From a bacterium (GTDB lineage: Bacteria; Bacillota_I; Bacilli_A; RF39; UBA660): a stretch of 64,000 nucleotides of DNA. Positions 39,563 to 50,005 of the stretch are shown here, in pieces (position 1 is the stretch's first letter; each line of letters starts with the position of its first letter). Location: the NCBI GenBank assembly GCA_044432745.1, contig JAWXUH010000001.1, forward strand, positions 28,540 through 92,539, read 5' to 3'. A program made the position numbers and the translations under genes. The notes below the pieces were generated by a model. The model had not been told where the DNA came from and ran no database searches. It worked only from the letters and a program-made list of their open reading frames with translations.

Positions 39563-40336
39563 TTATTTTATTAATTTTCTAACATTATTTATTGCAGTTT
39601 TTTCTATCCTAGATACTTGCGCTTGTGAAATATTATATAATTCTGCTAATTCTGTTTGTGTTTTTCCTATTATAAAACGTTCAATAAGAACTTCTTTCTC
39701 TCTTTCTTTTAATACGTTCAGTGCATCTTTTAATGATAATAATGTATCGTTATCATAATATGAACTATCATCACTTAATTTATCTTGAAGATATATAGCA
39801 TCTCCCCCATCATTATATATAGGTTCAAACATACTCATAGGTTCTTTTAATGCATCAAGTGCGTAACCAACACTAAATTCGTCTATATTTAAACTTAGAG
39901 CAATTTCCCTATTAGTTGGATATGTACCGTTTATATTAAGATATTCATCTTTAAATTTAATTATTTGATATGCTAAGTCTTTTGTACTTCTAGATACTCT
40001 TATTGATGTGTTATCCCTTAGATACCTTTTTACTTCTCCAATTATTAAGTATACTGCATACGTACTAAATTGAAGATTATAACTTAAATCAAAATTATCT
40101 ATTGCCTTAATTAAACCTATTACTCCTACCTGGAATAAATCATCTTTGTTAACATTTACTTTGTTAAATTTTTTTAATATACTTAATACTAATTTTAAGT
40201 TTCCTTCAATAAGTTTATCTTTTGCCTCTAAATCTCCTTCTTGCATACTTTTAAATAATTCTATCATCTCTTTATTCTTAAGTACTGTTATTTCACTTGT
40301 ATTAATACCTGTTATATCTACCTTGTAATTTGTCAT
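39563..40336 (-). CDS. sigG: RNA polymerase sporulation sigma factor SigG.
   Basis: Sigma-70 regions 2-4. The sequence VDITGINTSEITVLKNKEMIELF...GDLEAKDKLIEGNLKLVLSI is typical of SigG. The ATG at 40334-40336 (MTNYK) follows AAAGGGA. The track start at 40351 would sit at the transcription start site. Confidence 0.8.
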   Translation of the reverse strand: MTNYKVDITGINTSEITVLKNKEMIELFKSMQEGDLEAKDKLIEGNLKLVLSILKKFNKVNVNKDDLFQVGVIGLIKAIDNFDLSYNLQFSTYAVYLIIGEVKRYLRDNTSIRVSRSTKDLAYQIIKFKDEYLNINGTYPTNREIALSLNIDEFSVGYALDALKEPMSMFEPIYNDGGDAIYLQDKLSDDSSYYDNDTLLSLKDALNVLKEREKEVLIERFIIGKTQTELAELYNISQAQVSRIEKTAINNVRKLIK

Positions 40337-40354
40337 ATAAATCCCTTTCATTTT

Positions 40355-40384
40355 TATAGTGGAACGATTTATATTTTTTTATAC
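40355..40384 (-). promoter_or_regulatory. Forespore-type (SigF/SigG) promoter for sigG.
   Basis: On the minus strand GTATA, an 18-nt spacer, then CACTATA, which approximates the GTATA...CATnnTA forespore consensus. Confidence 0.3.
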
Positions 40385-40413
40385 AAAAAAAATAGTATTT
40401 CTACTATTTGATA

Positions 40414-41103
40414 TTATGTATTCATTACATTTTGTAGCCTCTTTACAACCTTCTTTTCTATTCTAGATATATATGATTGTGATATTCCAAGCATTTGAGC
40501 TACTTCCTTTTGAGTATATTCCTTTGTATTATTTAAACCATATCTTAATGTCATTATCTCTTTATCTCTAGATTTTAATGTTTCTATCTCTTTATTAAGT
40601 GTTTCTCTTATAATACTCTTCTCAAGTTCATCTTGAACAAGCGTTGGCTCTGTTCCTAGAATATCTTCTAATTTTAGTAAGTTACCCTCTGCATCATAAT
40701 TAAGTGCTTCATCCATACTCATTTCTATTCTTGTTTTTTTATTCTTTCTTAAGAACATTAATATTTCGTTAGATATACATCTTGATGCATATGTTGCAAG
40801 CCTTATATTTTTATCTATCTTGTATGTATTGATTCCTTTTATAAGACCTATAGATCCTATGGATACTAAATCTTCTAAATCATATATTCCATTTTCGTAT
40901 TTTTTAGCTAAAAAGACTACTAGTCTTAAATTATGTTCTATTAATATATTTCTTGCTTCCTCATCTCCTTCTTGAAATTTTATTAAATATTCTAACTCTT
41001 TTTCTTTAGTTAGTGGTGGTGGTAGTTTATCTGTTGCACCTACGAAATATAATTCATTCTTCTTATATTTCTTCTTGAATAATTCTAGTATTTTTTTAAA
41101 CAT
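40414..41103 (-). CDS. sigE: RNA polymerase sporulation sigma factor SigE (pro-sigma-E).
   Basis: The N-terminal pro-sequence with YFVGATDKLPPPLTKEKE is typical of pro-SigE. Sigma regions 2-4 are present. Confidence 0.85.
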   Translation of the reverse strand: MFKKILELFKKKYKKNELYFVGATDKLPPPLTKEKELEYLIKFQEGDEEARNILIEHNLRLVVFLAKKYENGIYDLEDLVSIGSIGLIKGINTYKIDKNIRLATYASRCISNEILMFLRKNKKTRIEMSMDEALNYDAEGNLLKLEDILGTEPTLVQDELEKSIIRETLNKEIETLKSRDKEIMTLRYGLNNTKEYTQKEVAQMLGISQSYISRIEKKVVKRLQNVMNT

Positions 41104-41872
41104 TTAAATCCTCCATCAATTTATAATTTAAAATACAGTCACTACCATTTAAGTTTATTTCATTATCACTAATTCCTAGCATATAATTTTTAAACTTTTG
41201 TTTATTTATTTCAATATATTCTACTGTGTAGCATTTTATTAATCCCTCTTTATTTACTCCATGATATGGTACATATATAGGATTTTTTCCTTCATATATA
41301 TTTTTATTAATTATTATTATATATTTCTTTGTCATAGGATCTTTTAGTTTGTTTCCAGAATCTATAAATCCGGATAACTTTATTGTTTCTTTTCTATCCT
41401 TTATTTTAATAATTATTTCATGATTTAAATTAAGTTTCTCTTTTAATAATTTTATATGATTATAATAAATAAACATTACTACTGGAGCCATCAATAAAAT
41501 CAATATGTAATTTATATAAAATTCGTTTTTAAAAAATACTAGATTATCTCTTTTATATGAAAATTCAATGGTTAAATAATATAATGCTCCAGCAAGGATA
41601 ACACTATTCATATATAGATATAATGTATTTGTTAATGTATTTTTTTTACCAAACGCTACTAACGTCATAATTATACTTATAATTATTTTTAATATAAATA
41701 ATATTAATTGATTAAATTCTATAAAAAGTAATATCATACTGATTGATCCTACTAATGAAGCTAATATAATTCTTTTTATATTAAATACTCTTTTTAAAAT
41801 AACTCCTGTTGTAATTAGTAATAAAAAGTCATAAATGAAATTTAGTAAAAATACTAAGTCTAAATATATCAC
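41096..41872 (-). CDS. spoIIGA: Sigma-E processing peptidase SpoIIGA.
   Basis: 258 aa. A polytopic N-terminal membrane domain, a C-terminal aspartic protease with GFIDSGN, and its position immediately upstream of sigE. Confidence 0.7.
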   Translation of the reverse strand: MIYLDLVFLLNFIYDFLLLITTGVILKRVFNIKRIILASLVGSISMILLFIEFNQLILFILKIIISIIMTLVAFGKKNTLTNTLYLYMNSVILAGALYYLTIEFSYKRDNLVFFKNEFYINYILILLMAPVVMFIYYNHIKLLKEKLNLNHEIIIKIKDRKETIKLSGFIDSGNKLKDPMTKKYIIIINKNIYEGKNPIYVPYHGVNKEGLIKCYTVEYIEINKQKFKNYMLGISDNEINLNGSDCILNYKLMEDLNV

Positions 41873-41916
41873 TTTCTATCACCGTATTTATTGTATTATA
41901 TAGATAATAAATAATT

Positions 41917-41923
41917 TGTCGAA
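41917..41923 (+). promoter_or_regulatory. Spo0A box (TGTCGAA) upstream of spoIIGA.
   Basis: An exact 0A-box consensus TGNCGAA lies about 45 nt upstream of the spoIIGA start, as expected for the spoIIG promoter. Confidence 0.3.
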
Positions 41924-42290
41924 TTAAATACCTTATTCATTTTTTATTATATGTAACTTTTATATCATTTACAAACTTTACATACCACTTGTTTTTGTGA
42001 TATCTGTGTTATTTACAATTAATATAAGTAATTTTACATATAACTAGGTTACTTAACATAAAGCAAACCCTTTGTTTCAGTGGACTTTACATTGTAAATA
42101 TCACATACTTTACTGACATTTATATACATTTTACACTTGTGATTTTTTAAAAAATTTTCACTTTTTTTACATTACACAATACATGTAGATATTAGTACTC
42201 TTATAATCTATATTATTTTTTTCTAAAATATGATATAATTTTTATAGATTTTTATTGTTTAATATTCTTATAAAGAAAGGAGAAATTAAA

Positions 42291-42878
42291 ATGATAACAT
42301 TTAGTATCCAAAATGTATTTACTTCAACACCTTTATTAGCATTTATATATACATATAATGAAATAATTAGAATTGAGGCTGAGCAAGCTGATAAATTAGC
42401 AGAAGCTCTTGCAAATTCTACAAATCCCTTTGTTAATTTAACTACAGGTGCAACAATGGGAATATTAGGATCTTTTGCCACACTAGGTCATTCTCTTTAT
42501 ATGGGAATGATAGCAACAATGTTTGTTGTATTTTTAATATTAACTACATTAAAAGCATTTTGTTATAAACCTATATTAAAAAAATTAGGAATAGATCCTA
42601 ATCAAGCATTTAATCCTTATCTTATTAGTAAACATAAGTTAAGTATTGCTAAAGTAAATATAGACCCTAAATTATTAATGTATTTACATGTAGCTGCATT
42701 AATTGTTCCATGTTTATGGTTAGTTTTAATTGTATTAAATGCATATATTCGTTACAAATTTATTGAAGTTATTAAACCTCAATCTAAAGCAAAATTCTTT
42801 GTAACTATTTTTCCTGTATTAACGTTATTTTCAATAAATATTAGTAAAAAAGAAATAAATACAGACGTAACAATATAA
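42291..42878 (+). CDS. Hypothetical membrane protein.
   Basis: The ATG at 42291 (MITFSIQ) follows AAAGGAG. Several hydrophobic helices. This is one of only two plus-strand genes in a long minus-strand run. Confidence 0.4.
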   Translation: MITFSIQNVFTSTPLLAFIYTYNEIIRIEAEQADKLAEALANSTNPFVNLTTGATMGILGSFATLGHSLYMGMIATMFVVFLILTTLKAFCYKPILKKLGIDPNQAFNPYLISKHKLSIAKVNIDPKLLMYLHVAALIVPCLWLVLIVLNAYIRYKFIEVIKPQSKAKFFVTIFPVLTLFSINISKKEINTDVTI

Positions 42879-42955
42879 GTTATATTTAATTTAAAATTCT
42901 AATTAATTAGAATTTTTTTAATATAATAACAAGTAACGAAGAAAGAGGTAAAAAA

Positions 42956-43366
42956 ATGAATCTAGATACATTAATGTCGATGGGATTAGATCAAACCATT
43001 TATTTAAATAGAATGATTGTATCCCAAAAAATAATAAAATTAGAAATGGATGGAACATGTTCGAAGGAAAGTATAATGTTAAGAGCATGCGTAAATCGTT
43101 GGTTAAAAAAGTATAATACTGAACTAAAAAATTTAAAAAAAAGAAATATCTTGTATGTCTCTATTAGTGTTAGGGAACTGTTATTTATTTATAAAGAAGA
43201 AGTTTTAATGTTACTTGATAAAATACATTATGATACTAATAATACTACAGAAATTTATGACAATATTAGCAATATTGATGATGAAGAGATAATTATTATA
43301 TTAAGTAAAATTACAAAAATAACAAACAAAAAAAGAATACGTATTTTTAACAAAATTAGTAATTAA
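42956..43366 (+). CDS. Hypothetical protein.
   Basis: 136 aa. AGAGGT lies 7 nt before the ATG. No recognisable motifs. Confidence 0.35.
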   Translation: MNLDTLMSMGLDQTIYLNRMIVSQKIIKLEMDGTCSKESIMLRACVNRWLKKYNTELKNLKKRNILYVSISVRELLFIYKEEVLMLLDKIHYDTNNTTEIYDNISNIDDEEIIIILSKITKITNKKRIRIFNKISN

Positions 43367-43379
43367 TAAAAACAACCAA

Positions 43380-43448
43380 ATGGATAAAGAGTATAACCAA
43401 CCTTTAACAGATGTAACAATCAATTGGTATCCAGGACATATGAAATAA
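43380..43448 (+). pseudogene. Remnant of the 5' end of a ribosome-biogenesis GTPase A (rbgA/ylqF) copy.
   Basis: It encodes MDKEYNQPLTDVTINWYPGHMK*. The block ATCAATTGGTATCCAGGACATATGAA is about 22/26 identical to ATCAACTGGTTTCCAGGTCATATGGC at the start of the intact rbgA (46126..47040, opposite strand). INW(F/Y)PGHM is the RbgA N-terminal signature. Confidence 0.45.
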
Positions 43449-43477
43449 AAAAACATTACTCTAGTAATGTATTTTTA

Positions 43478-45505
43478 TTATTTTTTCTTTTTATCTACTT
43501 TATCACATACAGGACATGATTTTTTATTATCTATTAATACTAAGTTTGAATTACATTTTTCACATTGTTCTTCAATAGGGAAATCCCAAGAAGCAAAATC
43601 ACATTTTGGATAACAACTACATCCGTAGAATATTTTTCCTCTTCTTGTTGTTTTTTCTAATACATTACCATCACATTTTGGACATGGCATTATTATTTTT
43701 TCTTCTTTTTCTTCCTTTTTAATATATTTACATTCTGGATAATTTCCACATGCTTCAAACTCACCGTATCTACCACTTCTTTTTACCATTGGTGATCCAC
43801 AGTTAGGACATACTTCTCCAGTTTCTTCTGGTGCTTTCTTTTCCATTTCTGCAAATGCTTTATCAACAAGTGGTTCAAATTTTTCGTAAAACTCTTTTAA
43901 TAATTTAATATTATCTATTTGAGCTTCTGCTATTTTATCTAAATCCTCTTCCATTTTTGCAGTGTAATCTACATTTATTATAGTAGAGAAATATTCTTGT
44001 AGTTTATCTGTTGTTTCGATACCTACTTCTGTTGGTGTAAAACGTTTATCCTCTAAAGTAGCATATCCCCTATCTTTTATTGTATATATAATAGTAGCAT
44101 ATGTACTTGGTCTACCTATCCCTAAACTCTCAAGTTCTTTTATCAATGATGATTCATTAAATCTTGGTAATGGTTTAGTAAAGTGTTGTATCTTTTCTAT
44201 TTCACTACTACTTATTGTATCAATACCATCCATATTTGGAAGTATTGTATCTTCTTGAGATTCATACGGTGCATATACCTTTAAATAACCGTCAAATGCA
44301 AGTGTACTACCACTAGTTTTAAATAAATAATCATTATTATCTAAATGAATAGTTGTAGTATTCATTTTAGCATCACACATTAATGACGCTAATGATCTAA
44401 AATAAATTAATGAGTATAATTTATATTCATCATCACTTAAATACTTCTTAATTGATTCAGGTGTATTTTTAATACTAGTTGGTCTAATACCTTCATGAGC
44501 ATCTTGTCCATTAGTATCTTTTTTACCTGTTTTAACATATCCAATATATTCTTTTCCATATTTGTTTTCAATATAGTTATAAGTTTCTCCTACGAATGAA
44601 TCTGATACTCTTATACTATCTGTACGCATATATGTTATAAGACCTGTTATCTCTGTTCCAATATCAATACCTTCATATAACTTTTGAGCTACACTCATAG
44701 TCTTGCTTGGACTAAAATTTATCTTGCTTGCTGCTGTTTGCTGCATTGTTGATGTTTTAAATACAGGATTTGATTTTTTATTCTTTAATTTTTTTACTAT
44801 GTCTGCTATTTTAAATTCTTCAGATAAATTAGCAAGTACTGTATTTGCTTGTTCTTCATTTTTAATTTCTATATCTTCGTTCTTATACTTATCTAATACT
44901 GCTTTAAATTCTGGAAATGTAGCTTCTACTGTCCAATATTCTTCTGGTATAAATGCTTCTATTTCTCTTTCTCTATCTACAATTAATTTAAGTGCTACAC
45001 TTTGTACTCTTCCAGCAGATTTACCACTAGTTTTTCTTTGCATTAAATTACTTAATCTAAATCCTATTATTCTATCTAAGAATTTTCTTGTTTCTCCAGA
45101 TTTTACTAAATCCATATCCATTTTACCAGGATTTTCTATAGCATTTCTTACTACATCTTTTGTAATTTCATTAAATACTACTCTTTTAGAATTTACATCT
45201 GTTAAATTTAATTCTTCATACAAATGGTATGATATATTTTCACCCTCACGGTCTGGATCTGTTGCAAGATATACTGTATCTGCTAATTTAGCTTCTTTTT
45301 TAAGTGCTGTTACATCTCTTTTCTTTCCAGTTATTATTTCATATGTAGGCTCGAAATTATTTTCAATATCAATACCTAATCCATACTTACCTCTTGGTGC
45401 TAAATTTCTAATATGCCCCTTACTTGATACTACTTTATAATCTTCACCTAAATATTTTTCTATTGTTTTACATTTTGCAGGTGATTCCACTATTACTAAT
45501 TTCAT
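43478..45505 (-). CDS. topA: DNA topoisomerase I.
   Basis: TOPRIM N-terminus MKLVIVESPAKCKTIEKYLG, the active-site region, and C-terminal Cys4 zinc ribbons. Confidence 0.9.
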   Translation of the reverse strand: MKLVIVESPAKCKTIEKYLGEDYKVVSSKGHIRNLAPRGKYGLGIDIENNFEPTYEIITGKKRDVTALKKEAKLADTVYLATDPDREGENISYHLYEELNLTDVNSKRVVFNEITKDVVRNAIENPGKMDMDLVKSGETRKFLDRIIGFRLSNLMQRKTSGKSAGRVQSVALKLIVDREREIEAFIPEEYWTVEATFPEFKAVLDKYKNEDIEIKNEEQANTVLANLSEEFKIADIVKKLKNKKSNPVFKTSTMQQTAASKINFSPSKTMSVAQKLYEGIDIGTEITGLITYMRTDSIRVSDSFVGETYNYIENKYGKEYIGYVKTGKKDTNGQDAHEGIRPTSIKNTPESIKKYLSDDEYKLYSLIYFRSLASLMCDAKMNTTTIHLDNNDYLFKTSGSTLAFDGYLKVYAPYESQEDTILPNMDGIDTISSSEIEKIQHFTKPLPRFNESSLIKELESLGIGRPSTYATIIYTIKDRGYATLEDKRFTPTEVGIETTDKLQEYFSTIINVDYTAKMEEDLDKIAEAQIDNIKLLKEFYEKFEPLVDKAFAEMEKKAPEETGEVCPNCGSPMVKRSGRYGEFEACGNYPECKYIKKEEKEEKIIMPCPKCDGNVLEKTTRRGKIFYGCSCYPKCDFASWDFPIEEQCEKCNSNLVLIDNKKSCPVCDKVDKKKK

Positions 45506-46135
45506 TTATTCTCCTTTATATATATTTCCTTTTTCATATTCTTCTTTTACTGGTTTGTATGATTTTCTATGAATATCTAAGATTCCATGTTCCCTTATCA
45601 TTTCTAGATGCATCTTTGTACCATATCCTTTATGTTTTTTAAAGCCATATTGCGGATATTTTTCATCTAACTCTTCCATCATACGATCCCTAGTAACTTT
45701 TGCGATGACTGATGCTGCTGCAATAGTTAAACTAAGTGCATCACCATGTATTATTGGTAATGAATTTTCTCTTTTGAGTGGCATAGCATCACTTAGTATA
45801 TAATCAGGCATAATTTCTAATTTGTCAAGTGCATTATTCATTGCAAGTCTTGATGCTTCATAAATATTTATCTCATCTATCTTTTCAGCACTTACTATTT
45901 CTACTGAATATGCTAAACACTCTTTAATTATAATATCATAGTACAAATCTCTTTTTTTAGCACTTAATTTCTTAGAATCATTTAAACCTTCTAATTCAAA
46001 ATCCTCAGGAAGTATTACTGCTGCAGCTACTACGTCTCCAGCAAGAGGTCCTCTTCCCGCTTCATCTGTTCCAGCTATATATTTATATCCTTGTTTATAT
46101 AAATCTTTTTCGTATTTTTTTAAGTCTATTTCCAT
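45506..46135 (-). CDS. rnhB: Ribonuclease HII.
   Basis: N-terminal GTDEAGRGPLAGDVVAAAVIL. Confidence 0.85.
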   Translation of the reverse strand: MEIDLKKYEKDLYKQGYKYIAGTDEAGRGPLAGDVVAAAVILPEDFELEGLNDSKKLSAKKRDLYYDIIIKECLAYSVEIVSAEKIDEINIYEASRLAMNNALDKLEIMPDYILSDAMPLKRENSLPIIHGDALSLTIAAASVIAKVTRDRMMEELDEKYPQYGFKKHKGYGTKMHLEMIREHGILDIHRKSYKPVKEEYEKGNIYKGE

Positions 46136-47040
46136 GTATCAAATGTCACTCCTGATATTTTACCACTTGCTAAGTCATTATATACTTTGTAAGCTACTTT
46201 TTCATAATCAACTTCTCCTGATTTAGTAGCTCCTATATTTTTTCCTATAACTTCATATATTTCAAGTAAATCTTGCTCTTTATTAACTTTATATCTAGTT
46301 TCTAAAATAGAAGGATAATACTCAACTAGATATGTAATTATATGATTCGCAATATCTGTTATATTAATTACATCACTCTTTATCGCAGTTAAACTAGCTA
46401 AATTAATTGCTACTTTCTTATCATCTATTTTAGGCCATAAAATACCAGGTGTATCTAATAATAATAAATTGTTATTTGTTTTAAGCCAATTTACTTGTTT
46501 TGTAACTCCTGGTTTATTTCCAGTATTTGCTACTTTTTTACCAGCTAAAGCGTTTATAAGCGTACTTTTTCCTGCATTTGGAACTCCTACTACTAAAGCT
46601 CTTATTTCTTTATTACTTATACCTTTTTCAACTCTTTTTTCTATTAATTCTTTGGTTTGTTTTTCTACTGCTTCATATACTTCTTTATAATCTTTATTAT
46701 TTGTCAAATCTAGTAAAACTACACTTGCTCCCTTTAATTCGTAATGTTCTACCCATTTTCTTGTAACTTTCATATCACATAAATCTTTTTTAGTCATTAC
46801 TATTACATGTTTTTTAGTTCTTATAATATCATCAATATCTTTGATTTTAGATGATAACGGTAATCTTGCATCTATAACTTCAATTACCACATCAATTAAT
46901 TTGATATTTTCTTTTATCTTTCTTTTTGTTTTAGCCATATGACCTGGAAACCAGTTGATAGCTACGTCTTTTGACATATTTTCTTCTTCTCTTTGATCCT
47001 TCGTTTCTCTTCTTTTATTTCTTTTTTGATACATGTCCAT
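46126..47040 (-). CDS. rbgA: Ribosome biogenesis GTPase A (RbgA/YlqF).
   Basis: Motifs INWFPGHMAKT and the circularly permuted GTPase GVPNAGKST, DTPG. The ORF track start at 47049 is TTG. The ATG at 47038-47040 sits 9 nt after AAAGGAGA. A later ATG at 46977 (MSKDVAINW) is an alternative start. Confidence 0.8.
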   Translation of the reverse strand: MDMYQKRNKRRETKDQREEENMSKDVAINWFPGHMAKTKRKIKENIKLIDVVIEVIDARLPLSSKIKDIDDIIRTKKHVIVMTKKDLCDMKVTRKWVEHYELKGASVVLLDLTNNKDYKEVYEAVEKQTKELIEKRVEKGISNKEIRALVVGVPNAGKSTLINALAGKKVANTGNKPGVTKQVNWLKTNNNLLLLDTPGILWPKIDDKKVAINLASLTAIKSDVINITDIANHIITYLVEYYPSILETRYKVNKEQDLLEIYEVIGKNIGATKSGEVDYEKVAYKVYNDLASGKISGVTFDTWK

Positions 47041-47212
47041 AATTTTCAATCTCCTTTATTAGACTTTTTACTTGTAAATAACAAATAAATAACTCATGAA
47101 ATTATACCATATTTTTACTACTTTTTAAAGATAACTAGTGTTTGGTATTCATTTTGTTCTATTATTTTAGAACTATTGCACTATTTACATTTATTTCTTT
47201 CTATCAATTATC

Positions 47213-48691
47213 TTATTTACAACTTATTTCATTAAGCATATCAGTTGCATTTTTTTTAATTTCATTATCAGCACTTTTTATTTCCAAACATTTTTTATAA
47301 TATGTTTTAGCATTATCGTATTCCTTTAAATCATAGTATATTGTTGCCATATTATATATAGGATTTGCATAATCAGGATATCTTTTTATTAGATTTTTAA
47401 ATACGTTTAGTGCTTTTCTATATTTCATTTTTTCTACATATATAACACCAATATTATTAAATGAGAATTTGTTATTCTTATCTATTTTTATCGATTTTTT
47501 AAAATAATACAAAGCTTTATCCAATTGACCATTTTTCATATACATACTTCCACATATAATATGGGCTTGTGAATCATTTTTGTTTTTTTTACATTTTAAT
47601 TCGTACAATTTTATTGTTTCACTACAATATCCCAAAATATATAAATAATCGGCTAATTCTTCTATTCGAGAAATCCTGTATTTATCATATCGAGGAAATG
47701 TTTTTGTTTCTTTAATTGAAAAAACTTCAAATTCAAATATATTTTTTATTATTTTATGAAAATCCATGTTATATTTTTCGTAACCAAGTTCATTTAATAA
47801 TTGCTTTGCTTCTATTGTTTTATCTTGCTTTATATATAATTTTGCTAATAATATATATACTGATTTATCATAGAATAATTCAATATGTTTTTTATAATAT
47901 TTCTCTGCAGATATATAATCATCTATTTTTTCAAATACAATGCCTTTAAGGAGATATAAAAGAAATTCGCTATTTTTAGTACTTTCTGCTTTTTTCAAAA
48001 GTGATATAATTTCTTCATAATCAACTTTCCCATACACACTGAGTCTTAATAATATTTCTGCCTTTTTTATATATGCTCTAGTATAATTTTTATTTAGTTC
48101 AATACATTTATTAAAATCATAGATCGCATCTTCGTAACTATTTATATCAAGATACAAAGTTCCACGTGCATTAAAAAAAATATGTGACTCTCTATTTAGT
48201 TCAATACCTTTATTATAGTATTCTAAAGCTTTTTTATCATCATTATAGTAATAATAGTATATTCTTCCAATATCTATATATGCGCCGGCGTAAGTATCAT
48301 CAAGTTCTACTATTTTTTTATAATATTTAAAAGCTATATTTAAATCAACATACTCGTAATTAGTAGCTAGATTCACTAATATATCAATATTATTTTCGCT
48401 TATTTCGTCGGCTCTTAGAAGACAATCAATAGCTTTAAGATATTCACCAGAATAATAACAGACATCTGCTATACCTAAATATGCTTCTATCTTATCAGGA
48501 TTTGTAGATAAAACGTTAAAGTATATCTCTTTTGCTTTGTCTTTTTCATCAATTACATGGTATGCATAAGCACTTTTTAATAAATCATCTTCTGTATTTG
48601 TTAAACTTTTTATATACTCAAGTATTTCTTCTTGAGATTTATCAGTAAAATCAAACTCTTTATTATCTTCTTTTTTCTTTAATTTAGTCAA
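47213..48691 (-). CDS. Tetratricopeptide repeat protein.
   Basis: 492 aa with many 34-aa TPR units (for example AYIDIGRIYYYYYNDDKKALEYYNKGIELN). Confidence 0.6.
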   Translation of the reverse strand: MTKLKKKEDNKEFDFTDKSQEEILEYIKSLTNTEDDLLKSAYAYHVIDEKDKAKEIYFNVLSTNPDKIEAYLGIADVCYYSGEYLKAIDCLLRADEISENNIDILVNLATNYEYVDLNIAFKYYKKIVELDDTYAGAYIDIGRIYYYYYNDDKKALEYYNKGIELNRESHIFFNARGTLYLDINSYEDAIYDFNKCIELNKNYTRAYIKKAEILLRLSVYGKVDYEEIISLLKKAESTKNSEFLLYLLKGIVFEKIDDYISAEKYYKKHIELFYDKSVYILLAKLYIKQDKTIEAKQLLNELGYEKYNMDFHKIIKNIFEFEVFSIKETKTFPRYDKYRISRIEELADYLYILGYCSETIKLYELKCKKNKNDSQAHIICGSMYMKNGQLDKALYYFKKSIKIDKNNKFSFNNIGVIYVEKMKYRKALNVFKNLIKRYPDYANPIYNMATIYYDLKEYDNAKTYYKKCLEIKSADNEIKKNATDMLNEISCK

Positions 48692-48709
48692 CTAGCGACA
48701 CCAACTTTC

Positions 48710-49303
48710 TTACAAATATTTCTTTATTTCTACTGTCCAGTATTTATGAGGTAATATCATTGCAGTTTCGCTAGATTCAAAATTCGTAATTAATGGATAT
48801 ATTTTTTTATTCAAATAACTAGTTGGCAAATGTTTTCTTATAACCATAATTGTAACAATGTATACCGTTACTACATTGTCAGAATCAAATTCTATCTCAT
48901 TTTTAAATCTACTAAAATCATGTTCATTTTGAATACTTTCTACAATTTTCTTTAAATATTGTGGGACAAAACCCAGTTCTGTATTTTTATATTGATATAT
49001 TTCCTCAGCTAATGTGTATAATATTTCAGGATTGTTATTAATATATTCACTATCCGACGTTATAAATGTTGCTGGGCAATCTCTATTATCACTTTTATCA
49101 AATAGAAGCGTATTTGCTTGTAAAATGCATCCATAATTTATATTGGAATTTTTTAATAAATTTAAAGGAAAATCATATATTTCATTTAGTATATTTTCTT
49201 TTCCATTTAACCAATCTGGTTTTTTAATATCTAAATTATTAATTGGTTTTTTTAGATACCTTTTTCTTATTTTATTTATATGCTTTAAATAGTTTAATTT
49301 CAT
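48710..49303 (-). CDS. Hypothetical protein.
   Basis: 197 aa. No recognisable motifs. Immediately downstream of the TPR gene. Confidence 0.35.
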   Translation of the reverse strand: MKLNYLKHINKIRKRYLKKPINNLDIKKPDWLNGKENILNEIYDFPLNLLKNSNINYGCILQANTLLFDKSDNRDCPATFITSDSEYINNNPEILYTLAEEIYQYKNTELGFVPQYLKKIVESIQNEHDFSRFKNEIEFDSDNVVTVYIVTIMVIRKHLPTSYLNKKIYPLITNFESSETAMILPHKYWTVEIKKYL

Positions 49304-49462
49304 ATTTTATTTACCTTTCTAAATATTTAATTATAATTAACTTTTATGTTGTATATTATATTTTACTAACTTATTTTTTCATAAGCTCTTATTATTGTTC
49401 ATTTCATTTGCTTTGGTGCTTATGTTAACAATTACCATGATATAAATACAACTGTTCCATAG

Positions 49463-50005
49463 TTATTCTTTCTTCTTTGCCTCTATTATTATTTTTTCTA
49501 AACTATTTAGAGATTTTTTTATATATTTACGATTTATTCCAATAAATGGAATTTTTTTATTCTCTATTTTTTTGTAAAGTTTTTCCATATAAAGACCTTT
49601 TCTATTAACCATTCCTTTATTTGTATATATATAATTAACACAGCATGACGGAGATTGTTCAATTCCAAGTATCGCTAATACTTCATATCCATTTTTTAAA
49701 ATATTTTCTACTTGCTTACTAACTTCATTTGTTAATTCTTCAGTGTGATTATTAAATTCTAGATTATCATATTTTGATAAACCTAAAGGATTTCTTTTAA
49801 TATTTACATTATTATTAGTTTCAGGACATGGCATTTGAATAATGTTGATGTCGTATTTTAAAAGCAATTCTACAAACGGTTTAATAGTGGATTTCCATTC
49901 ATATTTAACAAGACCTTCTGCCTGAAATGCTTGAGCTAATAAACAAAATGGAACAAATACAAAATATTTACTTCGATTATCTTTCACTATAACAACTCTC
50001 CCCAA
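49463..50005 (-). CDS. Cys-rich DUF523/TudS-like protein (putative Fe-S protein).
   Basis: 180 aa. Conserved Cys in FVPFCLLAQ, MPCPE and SPSCC. FCLL...CPE resembles the DUF523 (2-thiouracil desulfidase TudS family) CLLG...CPE pattern. Its start overlaps the upstream PP-loop gene's stop. Confidence 0.4.
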   Translation of the reverse strand: MGRVVIVKDNRSKYFVFVPFCLLAQAFQAEGLVKYEWKSTIKPFVELLLKYDINIIQMPCPETNNNVNIKRNPLGLSKYDNLEFNNHTEELTNEVSKQVENILKNGYEVLAILGIEQSPSCCVNYIYTNKGMVNRKGLYMEKLYKKIENKKIPFIGINRKYIKKSLNSLEKIIIEAKKKE

